A stretch of DNA of 64,000 nt from Camelus ferus (Eukaryota). The notes beneath the pieces were generated by a model. The model was not told the origin of the DNA. It made no database searches and saw only the letters and a list, made by a program, of their open reading frames with translations. Positions 57,345-64,000 of the stretch are shown in pieces. The DNA is taken from assembly GCF_009834535.1 (NCBI RefSeq), contig NC_045718.1:31868001-31932000 (forward strand). Reading direction: 5' to 3'. How positions within the stretch are numbered: the first letter of the stretch is position 1; every line of letters begins with the position of its first letter. A program made the translations under genes and the position numbers.

Positions 57345-60300
57345 GGAAGCCTACAAGCTCTTCAGGAAAGATGAAATTCCCCACTGCTAAATTCTAAGAA
57401 GAGGGGATGACATGAGGTTTTTGTAGGGAACAGTGAAAAATATAACAGATCCAGGAGGAGACGTCGGTACAAAGCATTATTCAGTGGCTTATTGTAGCAT
57501 TTGTTTTCAGCTTTATAATCCATCTTGCCAAGCGCCATCTTCAATTGAGAGCAAGAGTCCCTTGTTAGCAGCTACGGCATATCTTGTAAATGTCGTCCTT
57601 GACGTCAAATTGGAACGTTCCATCTTTCTCACGGATCTTTTAGCACCTTCAGGCACTCTTGCAAGTACAAGGCCTTACAAAGAGGACTTAAATGACAGAC
57701 CCACTGGCCACATAGGGTCTGGGGCCAACACTGGCTTCCTGACATCATAACGGAGGGTAAGTCCACGGGAGCCTCCTGGGTTCTCCAATCCCTGCCCAAT
57801 CTCCGGAGTCTCCACTACACACTCACACACAATCACTATTCCCAGCTTCCAGAAGGAAACATCCAACCCTTCCACCCATGGGTTCTGTCCTTTGCCCTGA
57901 TGAAATCTGTCTTTTTCTCCAGGGACATTATTTCCCTTCTACCTTCTCTTATGTTCCAAGACCATTATTCCTCTGAATAACGTTCGTATTTTATGTGAAA
58001 TGAGTCATGGGTACGTGAGATTATGATGCCTAATGTAACTGATAAAAAAGAATCCTATTAAAAGAAGAAGCATAAACTAAAAACAAGAGTGACAGAAAAA
58101 TAGGGAAACAAATAAATACTTGACAAGTAAACGGAGCATCTGGAGTGGTATCCTACTGTGCCGAATGGAATTTACTTAATTACAGAGGGAAGGGTGTGAT
58201 TTTTTTCAGGGAAATTTATTCTGTCACATGTAGAAATAATGAACCATGAATCAAAGAACATTTGACTTCCATTTCAACACCAAATTTCCTAATACACTCC
58301 CCAAATTATATGGTTTGCTTATTCGATTTCAAGAATTAATCCAAGTTGGGCTTCCAAATGCATATTTTGGAAAAACTGAATATTAAGGGAAATCCAATAA
58401 ACTACAGGCCTTGAACAGCAGCCTGCTTCTCCCGGGGGGATGAGGCTCAGGAGCCTGGCAGAGCCAGTGTCTGCTCTTATCAGCCTCTCCCTCTGCCTAG
58501 GATAGAAGCCAAACGTGAGTAGCTCCCGCAAGGCAGGCCCACGGGGGAGGCAGATTCCATCACCCAACGCCTCTCAGGTTGTGTAGCATAAAAACAGTAG
58601 AAGACTGGTATTAAATCATTGTTTGAAGTATGACTTTGGGCGACTCATCTCTGTCTCAGTTCCCTTCCCTTTAAGATCCGGTGTTTTCAGGGTCTTTTCA
58701 GATCTGACACTCTGAGTCGGTAAGTCTGCTAACTGACAAGTGTTGGGGCCACAGAGGAGACATGGCCTGACTTGCGGGCTTTGCCACACAAGGAAGGCCA
58801 GCCCGGCTTCTCAGAGGCCCCCCAGGGCCTCCCAGGTGCGCAATCAAAGCCCACATCCACCAAGTATGATTAAGAGCAGGAGGCTCATGGGCATTTGTGA
58901 ACAAGGCCGGGCCCTGGCTGCCAGGCTGACTAACACATTAGAGGCCGAAGCTGTGGAGACACCCAGACACACAGCACCACGGCGGCCCAGAGAGGGCTGG
59001 CCTGCGCAGGAAAACACACCGCCGCCATTTTGCCCCGCCCGCCGGGTTGGGTAGAAATGTAAGGAGAAACTAAACGGAGACTTTCTTGGGTGTGGGGCTT
59101 CGGGATTGTTTCTGTTTGGGATTTAGTTGTAAATTCATCCTTCGCAGAAGCGTCCCCCAACAGGGAGCCCGGGACAAATATTTCAATGTTAGGTGATGGA
59201 ATAAATCTCCTCCCGGTTCCCAAGGCCAGCAGAGCTCTCCTCCCTCTCAGCTTCCACGTCACCCACCCTCCTCTCTCTCTCTTCCTCCCTTTGGTGAGAT
59301 GCCCGGAGTGTGGAGACAGGACTCATTCTTCTGGAGAAAGAGGAGTTTGGGGCAGGAAGATAAGTGGTGGTTATGGCCGAGGGAGGCAGATAAACCTCTG
59401 TTTGATTTGGCTGTACTCGCCTAGCCCTGGTCCCTGCCCAGACCCTCAAAAATGGAACTGCCAGACGCGTGGAAGGAAAAGGACACACAGAAGGCGTGCT
59501 TGTAAACAGATTCTAAGGGGAAGGTGAGGGAGGAGAGGTGGGCTGTGCAGGGAGTCCTCTCCTCCTCCTCCTGCCCCTCCTCTCACAGGCCCGGAGGGCG
59601 CGGGGCACAGGAGCCTCTCCGGGGCCTCACTGACCCCACAGCAGGTAAGGCAGGTGGAGCTGAGCCAAGCAGTTGGAGGTGACAGATGAAGTGGGGTGAT
59701 GGTTTACAAGTGATGTGGGTCCCCAGCCAGGGCCTCTATCCTGCCCTCAGTGGAAACATCCTGCAGGGACCATCAGCCCCTGTGCACGTCACAGCCACTT
59801 TCTCTTTGTGTCAAATGAGGCCCAGGGTCCCCACCAACTTAGACAAGAGGACGTCCTGTCCTGAACCCTCCCCTGGGCTTCCTCAGGCTGCAGTCCTCCC
59901 TGCTGGGCGATCAGTATGACCAAAGGGATGGCCCTGCCTGGAGCCACGCCCTGCCTTGTAAAATCTCCATCATGGTGGTGGAGACCTTGGGAGCTCAGGA
60001 GAGGCACATAGCCTGTGCTGATACACTAGCAGTAGCTCTCTCCACAGACTGTCAAGTCCACGTGAACATCAAAGACTGAACAGGAATCATTGGGCCTACA
60101 GTCAAAACAGCTGAAGAGGACCTTCTCCCACAGCCCCGAAGCCTTTCCCCAGCCCTAACAGGCAGCAGCTTCTAGCTGAGGCAGGAGGCATCTCCAGGTA
60201 TCCCAGGAGCAAAGGGCAAGTTTGGAGGTAATTGACCTTGCAGCCTAGAACCCTCCCTGCATCAGGAAATCTTTTCCTTCTAGCCCCTGCTTAACAGCCT

Positions 60301-60764
60301 CCAAAGTGCAGCTGCCTCTAGAGTTGACAAGGCTTCCAATCGCTCTCCCCTGGGAGAACAAAGTTGGAAAGGTCTCAGTTAGACGACCAGGAGTTTAGTC
60401 TTCCATCAGCTGCCAGGCAAGCTGGCCTGAAACTAGTCCCTTAATCTTTGACATGCATGTTCTCATCCATCAGAGGCCTCACCTTTAACATCTTTAAGAG
60501 ACCATATCTATTAAATACTCTGAAAAAGTTGAACATGAAAATAAGGTATACTTACCATTGCTGCTGTTACTGCATTTAACGTAAAAATAAAAAAGAACAT
60601 GAGTGAGAGTGAGGCTCTCCACAGAGTTCACTACAGTGTATCTCAATGTAAATTTGTTTTTATGTATCTTGTTTATGGTTCATTATTTTCTGAATTGAAG
60701 GATTCATATATTTCATCAATTAGGGAACATTCTCAGAAAAAAAAAAAAATCTCTTTGAATATTA

Positions 60765-61900
60765 CCATTTCTCCCAATCTCTACTGTCTCATTCTGGAAC
60801 ACCAATTATACCTATGTTAGATCATCTCATTACCTCCTCCAATTTCTTTTTCATATTTTCCATCTCCTTTCTTCTTTGTACCAAGTTCTGAGTAATATCT
60901 TCCAAGTGACTAATAGTCTCTTCTATCTATAAACAATTTATTTTTTCAGTTATGTTTTTAAATTCCCCTGGCTATTTTATTTTTAATCTCTGGATGTATT
61001 TTATTTTTCAATTGACCTTTTTTTTTTCTTCACTATAGTAAGTTTGTTCTTTTCTCATATTTTCAACTTTACTTTTAAGTTTCTATAATAATTCTAAGCA
61101 TATCTATTTTATAGCCTACATCTGACAATTCTACTATCTGATTTTCATGGGGATTTAATTCTTCTGTTTGTTGTTTTTGCTGATTCTTGTCCTTGGTGGC
61201 TTATTTTTGTAGTTTGAAAATGTTGAGCTCATGTTTTCAGGCTTTCTCCAGGGGACTGTTGGCCTGGGATAAAAGCTTCATCCTTCAGAAGGGATATGTG
61301 TTTGTTTCTATCAGGCACTGCACCCACCCACTGATCTTTTTAGTTTGAGTTCTTAGAGATTAGCAGGCCACATCTTATTGTTTATCTCATTTATTCATGA
61401 CTGAAGTGGAGCCCTGGTTTACTTTACTTTTTAACTTTAAAAAGTATATACTTTAACTACATGTGTTTTTGTATGCATTCATTGATTTGATTCTTACAAC
61501 ATCAAAGAACTGGAAATAACATAACTATTCATCATAGGAGACTAGTAAGTAAATTGTGGTACATCCATTGGACGGAGTACTATTCAGTCAGTGGGAAAGT
61601 GAAATGGATCTATATATGCTAATGTAGAACACTCTAAAAAGTTATGTGGAAAAAAAAAATCCAAGATGCAGAAGAGCCTTATAGTTTGCTGATATCTACA
61701 TTTTAAAATGATATATATAACATAACATTATATTAGAGTACAATGTTATGTATTATATAAATTATATTATATAATAGATTATATGAATTATATTTTATTT
61801 ATATATTAATTAGGTGTATATATATATATATAATTATTTATGTATGAACATTCTAGAAGAATGCTTTTGGTTACTGGTAGTTAACTCTGGATAATGAGAC
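60765..61900. mobile_element. Degenerate old L1 fragments (minus at about 60.8-61.25 kb, plus 3-prime UTR at about 61.45-61.9 kb)
   Basis: tctggaacaccaattatacctatgttagatc; gtaaattgtggtacatccattggacggagtactattcag. Confidence 0.65.
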
Positions 61901-62869
61901 TGAATAGCTGTGGGACATCTGGACTGATTGGTTTTTAAAAATGGGAATATATATATTTTTAAACTAGGGATTTTTGTTCATTTTATTTATTTGATTGTTT
62001 AAAGATGAAAGATGAGAGGAGAAATGTCAAAAAAGACAAGAGACCCATTTCACAACTCTATCATATGGTTGCTTCTATCCCATATTCAACCAGCATAACT
62101 CATCTCAACAGAGCACTTGCTACCTGCACCCTCATCCCAGCATCTTTACCAATAGTTTTATTAGTTCCCTAATCATTCTCCCCACAAGATGCTGAGAACA
62201 AGAGGAAGAACAGGCTTTCTCCCTCTCAGGGAAAGGGGAAGCTGGGCAAGCCCTAAATCCTTAGGGAGCAAACCGGACACAGACGCCATGTTTCTCTGCA
62301 GCTCCACCTAGACACATATCTCACCCGGGGTTTTAAGAACTTCCTAAAGCAGGCTTTGCTCTGTCAGTCATCTCACATCCCACGTCTTTGAGAGCAGGGC
62401 AAGTCCTATTTCCAGTTAGCCTTAAGCACCCTTCCACTCAAAGCTGGACATCAGAGAGATCTCAACATACTCTAAATTCTTGTGTAGATGCCAGGCATAA
62501 TGCCTGCCTTCAGGACAAAATTAACCCCCTGACCTTCTCAAGCTTGATCATATGCCAGTAAAGACTCATGTCAAAACCAGCAGTAATAAACCACAGCCCC
62601 GGGCACGTGGCAGGAAGCAGACAGATGGGCCCTCTGCACACCAGCCTCCTCCTCTTGTGTTCACTGCTCCAGGCTAAGACAAAAGAGTGTGAGCGGGACA
62701 CAAACTGCTGGGTCCCTGTGCCCTCACCCTGCTTCATTAAGGACAACCTCTTCGGAAAACTGCTAAGGAAATAAAAAAAATCTCTTGTTATTTCCATTCA
62801 GAGATATTACTGTCCAGGTTTTAGTGGCATTTGGACTTTTCCAAGGTAAAACTCAGGAGTCATCCCTAA

Positions 62870-63585
62870 CGTCTTTGTGCCTCACCTCCCACATCCGACT
62901 CATTTGCAGGTCTCATCAGTCATGTGTCCCAGGTACTTCCCAAGTGCGTGTATTTCTCCCCATCCCACTGCCACCACCTCAGTCAAAGTCACCAATCTCT
63001 CTCTCCTCCCCCCACAATCAAGTCTCCTACCAATAGCCAAAGTAAGCTTTTAAACAGGTGAGTCACAGCAGGTCACTCTCTCAAGCCCTCTAAGAGCTTC
63101 CCAGCCACACTTAGGTCACATCCTAACTATGTATATGGTCCCCCACCACCTGCCTTTTCTGCCTCCCTCCAATCTCAGCACCCCGCCACCAACCTGGCCT
63201 TTACTTATGACTCTCCAACAACGCACCGGACCCCTTGAGCATGACAAATCTGCCCCCGCCCAGGGGTGCTCTTTCCAGCCTCTTTACATGGCTGGCTCTT
63301 GTCCTGGTTCTGATCTCGGCTCAGGTCACCTCCTCAAGACAGGCCGTCCTCGGTCATACTTTTTGGTCTCCTGTCGCCCCTACACACCCATGGCCCGGTT
63401 TTCTCTTCATCGAAGCAGCACTGTCTGTAATTAATGCATTATTTTATCTACCTGCGTGTCCATGTCCCCCCAAAGGTAAGCACTGTGACAGCAGGAACCT
63501 GGCCTTGCCTGCTTGTTCACCTTTGTGTCCTGGAAAGCTGGGTAGTGCCCAGGAACAGCATAGAAATGTCTTCAATGATGGATTA
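62870..63585 (+). mobile_element. L2 3-prime region
   Basis: ctccccatccccactgccaccacctcagtcaaagtcacc ... gacagcaggaacctggccttgcctgcttgttcacc. Confidence 0.75.
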
Positions 63586-64000
63586 TCTTTCCAGAAGGGG
63601 AATGGTCCACCTTCTGCTGCTGCGGGGTCAGGGCTGGTGTCTGCACTGGGAGGGGATGACCTCTTGTACAGAGCTACCCAGCCAAGGCAGGACACTAACC
63701 AGAGCATGTGGCCTGATGACACTCCGTCTAGGCCAATTTTATCAGTGAGGTCGTGCCTATGTCAGACACACACATATTCCTGAAAGCGGGGAAAAGAGAG
63801 CACAGAAAATCATGCCCTGGCCCTGGAAGCTTCTGCCTCCAGTAACACAAGTCACCTCCGCTGACAGTTCCTCGGCCAGAGTAAGTCATGTGTCTGTGTC
63901 AGAGCTTCACAGGGCCAAAGTGACTACTCCTCTTTCCATTTTTCTGTACTTCACTGTGATCTCCATTTACTACTTTTGGGGGGTTGGGGAGTGGGGATTA

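Noticed and set aside
59500-64000. Terminal exons of DISP1, expected downstream from human synteny
   Set aside because: No DISP1-like peptide in any frame; the gene presumably lies beyond the window.

Overview
Mammalian genomic DNA, most likely a camelid: it has four copies of a tRNA-derived SINE resembling the Camelidae vic-1 type, and I saw no Alu, Bov-A, PRE-1 or CanSINE. It is a draft assembly with seven N-gaps, mostly in or against young L1 copies. The only supportable protein-coding gene is TLR5 (Toll-like receptor 5, the flagellin sensor). Its intact 858-aa CDS is one exon on the + strand at 17476-20052, preceded by a clear splice acceptor. Upstream (about 5.6-14.7 kb) are candidate promoters and untranslated exons. 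The best exon (14585-14668) would splice to give a start-stop uORF, an overlapping out-of-frame uORF and an in-frame 12-aa N-terminal extension. The 44 kb downstream is intergenic: L1/L2/CR1/MIR fragments, hAT MITEs, solo LTRs (one carrying a perfect CTCF motif), SINEs and a few enhancer-like unique segments. I found no new multi-gene system. The best leads are the TLR5 5-prime leader, His268 in the flagellin-binding loop, transposon-derived CTCF/ARE sites, an unusual nested L1 junction and an unexplained CpG-retaining element near 57.5 kb. Repeat subfamily names come from recalled consensus sequences, not a RepeatMasker run.
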